Source of the DNA: Sminthopsis crassicaudata
Taxonomy: Eukaryota
DNA length: 64,000 nt
Direction of reading: 5' to 3'
Assembly (NCBI RefSeq): GCF_048593235.1
Contig: NC_133622.1
Span: 251,228,055 to 251,292,054, forward strand
Numbering within the stretch: the first letter of the stretch is position 1; every line of letters starts with the position of its first letter. The notes below the pieces were generated by a model. That model made no database searches, had not been told where the DNA came from, and saw only the letters and a program-made list of their open reading frames with translations. Below, piece by piece: positions 35,595 to 45,993 of this stretch. The position numbers and the translations under genes were made by a program.

Positions 35595-36590
35595 TCAGGC
35601 CTCCTCCTCGCTCTCCTCCTCCTCACTCTCCTGGTACTGGACCCGATTGGTGTTGACGAAGAGGTCGGAATCATCTTCGGAACTGTCGTCTTCAGAAGAC
35701 TGGGTTTCTCCTGGAAGTTCTGGCTGAGGCGGTCTGCAGGGAGGAGGCAGACGGGAGTGAGAGGGGTTCCTTGGGCCTTTCCAGACCTCGTGGTGAGGAG
35801 TCGGACTTGGACAGAGGCCTCCTGCTGCCTGAGAACCCGAGGGCCGGGCTGGACACAGCCCATCTCTGAGCTCGGAGGGGCCGGGGCTTCCTCACCTGTT
35901 CCTGCTGTTGCTCTGCTTCTCGGCTACCTCAGAGAAGGCTTCCGGCCTAAATAAAGAGGATGATGAGTTGGGGTGGGGACGAGCTGGACCACACAAGCCC
36001 TTCCCCCAGGACCAGGCAGCCCCTACCAGAGCCCCTCCTTCTGCAGGGAGCGCACGTGGTCCTTGCAGAGCACAAAGGAGATCTCGGCCTTCACCTTCTC
36101 CCCTTCCTCAATGGGGTCCACGATGAGAAAGTCACCTGTGGGAGAGGTGCCCGCTGAGGCTTCGGGGCTGCCCAAAAGGCTGGGGTTTCCCGGCCGCCCC
36201 GGCCCCCGACCCACCCCTCACCTCTCTTGATCCAGATGTTCTTGCGGTACTTGGAGGGCATGCTGACCAGAAAGCGCTGCCCCTGGGCAGTCTCTACTTC
36301 GTGCAGGTTGTTGCCAGGGGTCCCTAAAACCTGCCCCGTGATGGAAGAGAGCCAGGGATGGGGGAGTGAAGGGGGGAGGGGCAGTGGTCCTGTGGGGAAG
36401 GGCAGTGAATCCTGGAGGGGGAAGTGAAGCAACTGTGGCCTGGTGCACCCCCCTCCCCAACGATCCAGCAGCAGGGATGGGCGAGGACACTGGGGGAGCT
36501 CACCCTGACGATCTGTTGCTGGTCCGAGGGCACCATGTGCTCCCCGAGAACCTCCTGTACCACGTGCTTCCTCTTGGTAGCCTGAGACAT
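35595..36590 (-). CDS. EIF1AD: Probable RNA-binding protein EIF1AD, 5 coding exons, 164 aa
   Basis: Minus-strand exons: 36590-36504, 36330-36222, 36135-36027, 35946-35896, 35733-35595. Translation: [109 protein letters not shown]...[11 protein letters not shown]...EEEA. A splice acceptor at 36604-36605 implies upstream non-coding exon(s). Confidence 0.96.
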
Positions 36591-36759
36591 GCTGGGTCTG
36601 AGGCTGTAAATAACAGGACGGAACCCCCGCCCCCCCGCAGAGGGGTCAGTGGCCTGCTGGGGGATTCTGTCACACCCACACACCCAACTCTGGGGCCCGA
36701 ACCCAACCCTCGTCTTGCAAATGAGTAAAGTGAGACATGCGATGCAAGGACGGAGGGGG

Positions 36760-37700
36760 GGGGGTCGCAGGGGGCCGCCCCAGTTTCGAGAATCTCAATG
36801 TCTGGGTGCGCGCCGGGCTCGGGCGGCCACCACTGAATGAGGCGAAGGGGAGGCCTGGGTCGTGGGGCGGGGTCTCGGAGCCCGAGCCCCGAATCACCGC
36901 CTGCACGAAGCCCTCCCGGACAGCGCCACCGGCCCTCTTCCCGCTTACCTTCCTCCGGCCACCGCCGCCGCCGCTGCTTCCGACAGACCTCGCCAGCCGG
37001 AGCCAGGGACTTCCGGAGACCACACTTCCGGTGCGCAGGCCCAAGGGCTCCCCTCCGGGGCCTCGGAGTCCCCGCCTAACTCTTCCCCCTGGGAGGCAGC
37101 GCAGACCCCGGCGCTTCAGTTCCGCTGCCGCCGCCGGCCCCCAGGTGGACTGAGTGGAGAGCCTCCGGAGGCGCCGCGAGTGTGCAGAGCGCCCTTCGCT
37201 GCACCGGGAAGAGCGCGGCCGGAGGTCTGGCCATAGAGAAGGGAGGGCAGAGCGCACGCCATCTCCGTGGTAACCTTCCGGAAGCTCGCTTCCGCCGCAG
37301 GAGGGCGTGCGCCGTCTCTATGGTCACTTACTCGGACAGAACCCGCCCAGTAGAACGTTCAGCTCTCGCCTCCCAGACGTCCCAGCCACAGTCTGGCCCC
37401 GCCCCTTTCCCGCCTTCATTCAAATCGCCCATGCCCCGGAAACGCCCTCGACAACCTGGAAGCGGAAGCCGGCACTCGCCGTGCGGGATTGAGGCTGAGG
37501 CGGGAGAGGCCAGTTGCTGGGATTGTGACCGTTACGGGAGCCGGAGCCGGAGCCGGTGGGCGCGCGCGCGGCTTGCGGGCGCCGGGGTCTCGGGCACGGG
37601 TGGGGCGGGAAAGCAAAGAGGGGACGGGGGAGGGTCGGCCGGGTGTTGTGGCCCCCTCGCTCCCTCCCGCTGAGGAACGTGGGGGGCTGGCTTGGGGAGG
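36760..37700. promoter_or_regulatory. EIF1AD/BANF1 head-to-head bidirectional CpG-island promoter
   Basis: CpG-rich segment between divergently oriented genes. Clustered ETS/GABP motifs: CACTTCCGG at about 37023, CTTCCGGAAG at about 37275, CGGAAG at about 37462. Confidence 0.75.
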
Positions 37701-38039
37701 AGGGGGCGGGGTCAGGGAAGGGGCGGGACCACGTGAATCCTGCAGGCGGGAGAGGCAGGCCTGCACGTGTGGGCGGGGCGGGCCGTGTGGGATATTTTCC
37801 TCTTCCCTACACCGAATTGAGGGAGGGGGGGAGAAAGGGCGGGGCCACGTGGACCAAGCTGTCAAACCAGAGCGGGCTGCATCTGGTGGGATGGGGGGAG
37901 GAAGAAGGGGGGCGAGCGGGCCACGGGGAGGCAGGTCGGGAGCTGCGAGGGGCGGGATGGGTGCAGTGACTCCCCCTCTGGCTCCCCCTCCGGAGCCTCC
38001 TTCCCCCCCAGGGGTAGTGGCCAGCAGGTCCGAGAAGCC

Positions 38040-38760
38040 ATGACGACCTCCCAGAAGCACCGGGACTTCGTGGCGGAGCCCATGGGGGACAAGGCCGTGT
38101 GCTGCCTGGCGGGCATCGGAGAAGTGCTGGGCAAGAAGCTTGAGGACAAGGGTTTCGACAAGGTCCGGGCCCTGTGGACACAAGGGGAAGCTGAGGGCGG
38201 GGAGGGGCCGTCCCCAGGGCCTGCGGTTTGCAGACCCAAGGGTGCACGTGGCGTGCAGACTGCAAGCCCCAAATGATTTTCCCAGCGTGGATTCTTGGGG
38301 AGGGGCCTCAGGAAGGAGGCACGTGGCGGAGGCTGCTGTCAGGCCACACCTTTGTTTGATACCTGTCCCCCCACCCCATTTCTCAGCCAAGCAGGAGAGC
38401 AGAACGGGGGTAGGGCAGTTTCTGAGGGAGGGGAAGGGTCAGGCCTCTGGGAGGTGGTCCTCGGACACTCAGATTTCAGTTGGAAGGGAAGAGAGCGGGA
38501 CCCGGAGACTGAGCCAGAGCAGGCTGGCACGGGCGCTGACCATCCCCTCCCTCCCATCTCAGCCCGGTGTTCCGCGAGCAGAGCCCAGACCCTTTATTCT
38601 CTGTCTCTTCCAGGCCTACGTGGTTCTAGGCCAGTTCCTGGTGCTGAAAAAAGACGAAGACCTCTTCCGGGAGTGGCTCAAAGACACCTGCGGGGCAAAT
38701 GCCAAGCAGTCTCGGGATTGCTTTTGCTGCCTCCGAGAGTGGTGTGATGCCTTCTTGTGA
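38040..38760 (+). CDS. BANF1: Barrier-to-autointegration factor, 2 coding exons, 89 aa
   Basis: Exons 38040-38162 and 38614-38760. Translation: [89 protein letters not shown]. Acceptor at 38010-38011; AATAAA at 39118. Confidence 0.97.
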
Positions 38761-41679
38761 GCCCTGTGCCTGGGGGCCGGCCCCCCGTTACCCCTCAGAT
38801 GGGGCTTCACAGTTAGCACCCCCAAGTGGGAAATCCCTCCTCCCCTCCCCACTCCCAAGAAAAGGAAAGATTTTTGCTGCCGCCCCTCCTTGGGACACCT
38901 CCCCCTCTCCACTATCGTTTTGACTCGAGTCTCCCTGCCCTCACCTCAGCATGTGTCCTGTCCCGTAAATTCCAGTGGCGATAGTTATTAACTTTCCTGG
39001 GTGGGTCTCTGGAGTGACTTCCCCACTCCCTAAACCCCACTTCTTGTTTCTTTTATGCCATTTGGATAGTTTTGGCAAAAGAACATTCACTGCCATTGTA
39101 AAGAGTTTTTTAAAACCAATAAAAGTCAGCAGCCTTGACATCTGGTCTTAATGTGTGCAATAGGAAGTGGGGAGGGAGGTGCAAGAGCGGGGGAGGGGGC
39201 GTCTTCAGAAACAGGACTTTTATCAACCACCAAGTCAAACTGGAAAGCTGGTCACCTTCGGGCCGTTGGAGTCAGTGTCTCCGGGCACGGACCGACATGT
39301 TGGTGTCCCAACTCCTTCGTTAAGGGGGGTGGGAAGTTTCTTCCTAGGGCGGAGGTTTCAGGTGTGTCCAAGTAGGTGGTAACGGCAGAGTGGTCTGGCG
39401 GTCGGTGGTGGGCAGCCCAGGATGTGGGTCATCGATCACCTGCTGAGACGGGCCGGCTGCCAAGCTCAGGGCATGACTGATCGGAGTTTCCTGTATTAGA
39501 TCAGGTGGGGGTGGGAACCCAGCTGTTCACCTTCAGAATGACTGAGGGAGGAAGGTGCCATTGCTTTGTTAACCACAACATTCCAGGTGTAAGAAAACAC
39601 CTGAGGATTTGGGATGGAGAGCCAGGTGCCAAGGAGGAATTAAAGCTCAAAGGAACATTTCAGTTCCTTGAGAAGAAAAACTGCTTGATGTGAAAAATCA
39701 TTCACCATCCCTGATCTGCCCAAAGAACCCGCACATTTTCTGTCGAGAGAGAAGTTTATGAACATCCCCCCTGACATTCTGTTACCACATGGCTTGGAAG
39801 CCAAGGCCCTGGCTTTAAAATATTCCCCTGTTGTGACCAGTATAACGAAGCAAATCCCTCTCTGGACTCCGACTTCCTCATCTTTTACAAGTTAGAGTGT
39901 TTACTGCCAGCTCTAGACCTTGGATCCTGTGAGACTGATAGCAAGAGGAAAGCGGAGGCTGGATTTCTATGTTCTGTGTGGAGAAGGAATGTCCCTGGGG
40001 CTAAGTTGGGTAACTCAGACTCCCACTGCCTCCAGGAAGCCTTCCCGGACTCCAGCCCACACTGACTTCTCCCCCTTCTGTTACCTTCCCAGGCTTTCTG
40101 TTGGTCAGACACTGAAATATTGTCCTGTTTGGGGACTCTTGGGAGGCACTGAGTCTGCCTCGAGGTTGCAAGCGCAGGGAGCCAAGCGTGTGGCGGGGGC
40201 TCAGGAAGCCGGCGGTCCCCATTCTGCAGGTTCTCGGCCCAAGTTAGGCTGATGGGAGATGGGGAGAGTGACGTCAGCTGGTCCCTGCCTTCTGCTGGTG
40301 GGGGGAGAACGGCCCGAGGTCTGTGGCCACTCGTGATGTTAGCACTTGGGATCATGGCTTTGGAAAGTGTGACAGTGGCCAGAGGACCACAAGACAAAGG
40401 GCTTCTGTTGGGTTGGACAGGCTGGGTGAGCCAGCAACTTGCTGTTCCCTGCCCAAGGGGGTGTTATCTGATCTTAGGCCCACAGGAATCCCAGGCTGGG
40501 TGTGCTCACCAGGAGCAGAGGACGGGGCTGGGCTTCACTATAGGCAAATATTGACTGAGCGCCCACTCCGCTCCCCAGCCTTGCCCAGCCTGACCTTTTC
40601 AATGCCCTCCACCCCCACCCTGCTAGCAGTTGCTGGTCTAGGTTTGATTGGAACGATCTGGAACTCTAGAGCTGGGGCGAGGGCCCTTCTTTGGAATCTG
40701 AGGAAGTTCAATGGAGCCCACCAACCCCCCCCATATCCTCATAGACATATAGGGTCCTTCCTTGGGGTCCCGCAGACTGAATGGGGGCTAAGCCAGTGAA
40801 AGACAGGGTTCAGCCCTGCTGATTCTGAGCCCCGGATTCCCACCATACGAGTCATTCAGATGCAAACATCTCCAGAACCCAAGGAAATATGCTAAACGCA
40901 GTTGAGCTTCGCTGGACATACAGACTGGCTAAGGGAAAAGGTCAGGAAACGTCTGGAGCCTGGGTTTGCAAACAGCTGGATGGCCAGAGGTGGAGCATCA
41001 GCCCCCAAGCTAACTTCCTGTGCAGAAGAGAGAGCGGCGGGAACAGAGCTGCTCTGGGACCAGAGGCCTAGCAGGTGTCTGGTACCAGGTCATGTGACTA
41101 CCAGGTCATCAGCTACTTTGTGGAGGATGGAAGAGAAGGGGAAATGGCATAGGACTGAAGGATATGAAGTGAGCACTGGAGAGAACAGGACAGGGACGCA
41201 AAGGAGGACACATGGGCCACTTTTCAGAAAAAAACTGTACACGGACTTCCTGGCAACTCGCTGGACCCTGTTATCTAAGGAATGATGAACCAAGCTTCAG
41301 AAACAGAACGGTCAGCAGGGCTTCCTCCTTCCCAAGAAGGCCACACCAGACTTGGTCCCATTTCCTTTCCTGACAGGGTGACATCACGGGCCAATCAAAG
41401 GAATAGAACGTTACACAGCAAAGTCGCCAACAAAACACACCAAAACGCTAAAAGAACCCATTGCTAACCCGGATGCTAAACTTGTCTGCAGTGGATGGGC
41501 CGCAGGGAGAAGGCAGAGCATCCCACCTGCGTCTGACCCCGGCTGGGAGGGTCGGGTTGGCCACGCAGACTTGGAGCCGCCCTGATCTGATCCCCCAGTG
41601 AAGATGCCTGAGGGCTGATTTGGGAGTCACCACTCTTACAGCCCGATGTTTCTGACTAGCAGAAGCCAGCTGCCCACTA

Positions 41680-41880
41680 TCGCCATTACTGTTGGGTATT
41701 GTGTTAGAAATGTCAGCTTTAGCAATGAGAAGAAAAAGAAATGAAAGGAATTCAAGTGGGCAAGGAGGAAATACCATTATCACTGCAGGTGATTTGACAG
41801 TAAATCGAGAATCAACTACAAAGTTCCTACAAACAAGTAACAAGTTTAGTCAAGTTGCAGGATTCAAACTAAATCTACTC
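41680..41880 (+). mobile_element. Decayed LINE-1 ORF2 reverse-transcriptase fragment
   Basis: With frameshifts it translates to VLEMSALAMRRK / EMKGIQVGKEEIPLSL / AGDLTV / NKFSQVAGFKLN. This matches the L1 RT region [35 protein letters not shown]...NEFSKVAGYKIN (recalled). Confidence 0.8.
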
Positions 41881-42390
41881 TCTTTCCCACTCTACCAGCC
41901 TCCTCTTGGAATAAAGAAGAAAGGAGCAAACTGCAATTCAGCAAAACGAGGCGAGGCGTGACCCAAGTGTGACACATTCAGCGTTCCACACCCATAGGCC
42001 TTCACCTCTGCAGAGAAGGGGGGAGCTCCATCCTCAGCTCTCTTTAGCAGCAGGATTTCTCAGCCATCATTTTTGGCTCTTTAATTGCTATTGTTCTCTC
42101 CTATACAATGACTTCATTGTTGGATCGGTTACCTTCCTGATTCTGCTTGTTTTGCTTTGCACTTGTTCATATAAATTTTCCCATGCTTCCATTTTCAATG
42201 TTCTTACGACATCGTAATAGGCTATTATACTCAGGAACCAAAGGGGGCAGCTCGGGGGTCTGGTGCTGGAGTCAAGGGGACTTGAATTCAAATCTAGCCT
42301 CAACCACTTTTTGACACCTATTAGTATGGGTAAGTCACCCAATACTAAAATGCTGGGCAAGAACCCTAAGCAGACCCAATTGCCATACAT

Positions 42391-42400
42391 GCACACACAC

Positions 42401-42432
<32 letters not shown>
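42391..42432. repeat. Imperfect (CA)n microsatellite
   Basis: CA run with a single interruption. Confidence 0.9.
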
Positions 42433-42435
<3 letters not shown>

Positions 42436-42588
42436 GCAAATCACGTCACCTTTGCTCAGCTATTCTCCAAGTAACGGACATCTACACCTCCCCTTTCTCC
42501 AGTTCTTTTCTACACAGAAATGGGTGCAATAAACATTTTGGCATCTGGAACCTTTCTTTTTATCACGAACCCTTGGAAAATACTCCTC

Positions 42589-42742
42589 AGGGGCAGCTAG
42601 GTGGCGCAGTGGATAGAGCACCAGCCTTGATTCAGGAGGACCAGAGTTCAAATCTGGTCTCAGACACTTAACACTTCCTAGCTGTGTGACCCTGGGCAAG
42701 TCACTTAACCCAGCCTCAGGGGGAAAAAAAAAAAAAAAGAAA
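42589..42742 (+). mobile_element. Young marsupial tRNA-derived core SINE (WSINE1-like) with A-tail and 13-bp target-site duplication
   Basis: GGGGCAGCTAGGTGGCGCAGTGGATAGAGCACC (A box)...GAGTTCAAATC (B box)...GCTGTGTGACCCTGGGCAAGTCACTTAACC, then a poly(A) tail. TSD GAAAATACTCCTC at 42576-42588 and 42743-42755. Confidence 0.9.
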
Positions 42743-42984
42743 GAAAATACTCCTCGGAGCGGCATCTCTTGCCCAATTTCATGGAACTCCAAATTGCTTT
42801 CCAAAATGGTTGGACTCAATTTGCAACTCCTTCAACAGTGTATCAGTGTGCTTTATTTTTCAAATTGTTTAATTTCCATTTCTCTTATTACTAATGATTT
42901 GGAGCAATCTTTCATATGGTGTCAGCAATTTGCAATAGAAGGTGAAATTTCTAGCCAGCCCTCTTAGAATATAAGCTATGTGAG

Positions 42985-43115
42985 GCAGCTGGGTGGTGGA
43001 GTGGATAGAGCACCAGTCCTGAAGTCAGGAGGGCCTGAGTTCAAATGTGACCTCTGACACTTAACACTTGCTAGTTTGTGAGACCCTGGGCAAGTCACTT
43101 AACCCTGATTGCTTC
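42985..43115 (+). mobile_element. Older core SINE inserted into an L2 tail
   Basis: Same A-box/B-box/core motifs as the young copy. It interrupts TAGAATATAAGCT...GGCAGAGACC...CTGGCACACAGTAAGCA (L2 3' end). Confidence 0.8.
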
Positions 43116-43289
43116 AGTACAAATATATATGCTGCACTTGGGCAGAGACCATCTTGCTTGTATTTGTAACTGAATGCAGTGTCTGGCACACAGTAAGCAT
43201 TTCCTAAATGTTTCCTGTGTGTCAATTAATTTAAACATTAATTTAAACATTAAACAATCTCAAGGGGGTCCATGGATGCCAAAATGTTT

Positions 43290-43940
43290 AAAGCACCTCT
43301 TTTTTTTTTACAGCTTTTTATTTACCAAACATATGCACAGGTAATTTTTCAGCATTGACCTTTGCAAAACCTTCTATTCCAACTTTTCCCTCCTTCCCTC
43401 CACCCCCTCCTCCAGATGGCAGGCAGTCCCATACATGTTAAATATGTTAAAGTCTATGTTAAATACAGCAGCTCTTTTAGTGATAGCAAAGAATGGGAAA
43501 TAAAGTGGATGTCCATCATTTGGGAAATGGCTCCACAGATACAAAGGTGTATTACTGCGCTATAAGAAACCATCCAAACCGAGAAGCATACAACTGATGC
43601 AGAGAAGAGTCAGCAGAACCGCGAAGAGTGTACACAACAATTGTGAGACCGGGGAAAACCATGAAACACTCGAAATGGTGTGGAATAAAGCTCAGGGGTG
43701 GTTGACCCCTAAGACGAGAAGACTTCGCTCCTATTCCTTTGCAGAGGGGCAGCTGGGTCAAGGGTTTGGAACGCTGTAGATAAGGTCATAATTTTTTTCC
43801 GTGTCTTGACTGTTTTTGCTGAATTTCTTTCTCTTCCTCTTATAGAAAATTATTAATTATTAGAGATGGTTCTCTGGGACCGAGAAAGGGAACACTGGGT
43901 GGGGGAATTCTAGGAGATGCAAAACCACTAAAAAAAAAAG
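43290..43940. mobile_element. LINE-1 3' fragments (antisense 3' UTR followed by a sense ORF2-end fragment)
   Basis: A poly(T)-led segment CATATGCACAGGTAATTTTTCAGCATTGACC...CCAGATGGCAGG is an inverted L1 3' end. It is followed by GCAGCTCTTTTAGTGATAGCAAAGAATGGGAA...TGTCCATCATTTGGGAAATGGCT, an L1 ORF2 C-terminal region. Confidence 0.65.
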
Positions 43941-44189
43941 GTCTATTTTGAAGGTATGCTTTATTCATTGTGATCCCGCCCCAAAATATTAGTGTGCCTG
44001 CCTCCCTCTAAGCCCTCTAACACCGACGTCCCATTTTTTGCCATCTCTGGTGGTTCGGCGAAACTTTCTAATTGTTTAATTTCCATTTCTCTTATTACTA
44101 ATGATTTGGGGCAGTCTTTCATATGGTGTCAACGATTTGTAATAGAAGGTGAAATTTCTAGCCAGCCCCGTTAGCATATAAGCTACATG

Positions 44190-44325
44190 GGGCATCTGGG
44201 TGGTGCAGTGGGTAGCGCACCAGCCCTGAAGTCAGGAGGACCTGAGTTCAAATGTGACCTCAGACACTAAATAGTTCCTGGCTGTGTGACCCTGGACAAG
44301 TCACTTAACCCTGATTGCTTCAGTG
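44190..44325 (+). mobile_element. Core SINE (paralogue of the 42985 copy within a local duplication)
   Basis: GGGGCATCTGGGTGGTGCAGTGGGTAGCGCACC...GAGTTCAAATGTGACCTCAGACAC...CAAGTCACTTAACC. Confidence 0.8.
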
Positions 44326-45700
44326 CAATGGGCATAGACCATCTTGCTTGTATTTGTAACCTGATGCAGTGTCTGGTACATAGTAAGCATTTCCTAAATG
44401 TTTTCTGTGAGTCAATGGATTTAAACATTAATTTATTATTACATGACTCCATTTTATCCAACAAATATTTATTAGGTTCACGAGTATTAGAGGCTTGTGG
44501 AGCGAGTAAAACGAAAAACCCAAATAAAACCTGGCTGGCCCTGGTCCCAAGGGCTTCCGGTCTCCCAGGAAGTACAGTCAATACGGAGCAGGAGCAAGAT
44601 CTCACCAAGGATGGAAGGGCCGTCAGGGAGGGAGCCAAAGCCAGAGGGAGGAGGGGAGGGCCAGCGGACACCACCTGAAGGATGCTCCCGGGAAGCCAAG
44701 AATTCCAGGGGAAGGGAGCTGAAAAGGGAGTGCTCCCGATGTGGGCGTAGGGGGGTGGAACTGGCAGCGGCCATGGGACTGGAATGGAGGGCAGTCTCCA
44801 GAAGTCAGAGATCAGGGAGAAGGGGGGAGGTGGCGGGAGGCTCAGGGGGACAGCGCATCCCACATCAAGGTGGGATGGCCTAAGGGTTAGTAGGAGGGAG
44901 GATGGCGCCCAGGTAGCAGGTGGAAAGCAGCTGGGCCAGAGCCTCCAGGGAGGGAATTGCTGCCCAAGCAAACAGCTGGGGATCCTGCGCCCACGGGGAC
45001 AGGGGGGCCTCCACGGCATCACTCTTTCCATGTTTGGTGATTAATAGGCAGCTGGGCCTTTTCTACCTCTAGGAGTGTGGAGAAGGACGTTTGGGGAATC
45101 GGGGACCCTGTTTCTGTGTGGATTCCCCCCAAGTCCCAGAGTGGGATCGCTGGGTCACATGCTGAGGATGGAGGATTAAGGGCCCTTTCCTTGAACTGAA
45201 ATCTCAGTCAGACGGGTCAGGAAACAGAGGCTGGGAAGGGCACCGCCCTCCCCTGTGACCCTTGTCCCAGGCAAATCATGGCCCTTTGTGGGGCATCATC
45301 CACAAGTTGGGGCTCGGAGCTCCCTCCTTCCCTCGGTGTTTCTTCATTCCTGTCTCCCCACTGTCATTGCTGCTCACTTGGCTCCTGCTCTCATGACCCT
45401 CCTTGGGTTTTTCTTGCCAAAGATACTGGGGTCCACCACTTCCCTCTGCCGCCCGTTTTACAGATTATGGAATGGGGATGGGCAGGGAGAAGAGACTTGC
45501 CAGGACCACACAGCTAATGAGTGTCTGAGGCCGGATTCGACTCAGGAAGAGGAGTCTCCAGGCCGGGTGCTCTGTGCCCCGTGGCACCCCCCCCGGGCTC
45601 CTCGCTCTCCCACTACTGCCCGCTGCCATTTTCTAACTGTTCCAAAGTGTGAGAGCCAACCGGAGCCCCAGAGGTGCATCAAGAAGCACAGTTCAGACAC

Positions 45701-45993
45701 NNNNNNNNNNNNNNNNNNNNNNNNNNNNNNNNNNNNNNNNNNNNNNNNNNNNNNNNNNNNNNNNNNNNNNNNNNNNNNNNNNNNNNNNNNNNNNNNNNNN
45801 NNNNNNNNNNNNNNNNNNNNNNNNNNNNNNNNNNNNNNNNNNNNNNNNNNNNNNNNNNNNNNNNNNNNNNNNNNNNNNNNNNNNNNNNNNNNNNNNNNNN
45901 NNNNNNNNNNNNNNNNNNNNNNNNNNNNNNNNNNNNNNNNNNNNNNNNNNNNNNNNNNNNNNNNNNNNNNNNNNNNNNNNNNNNNNNNNNNNN
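45701..45993. other. Assembly gap (293 N)
   Basis: Run of N. Confidence 1.
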
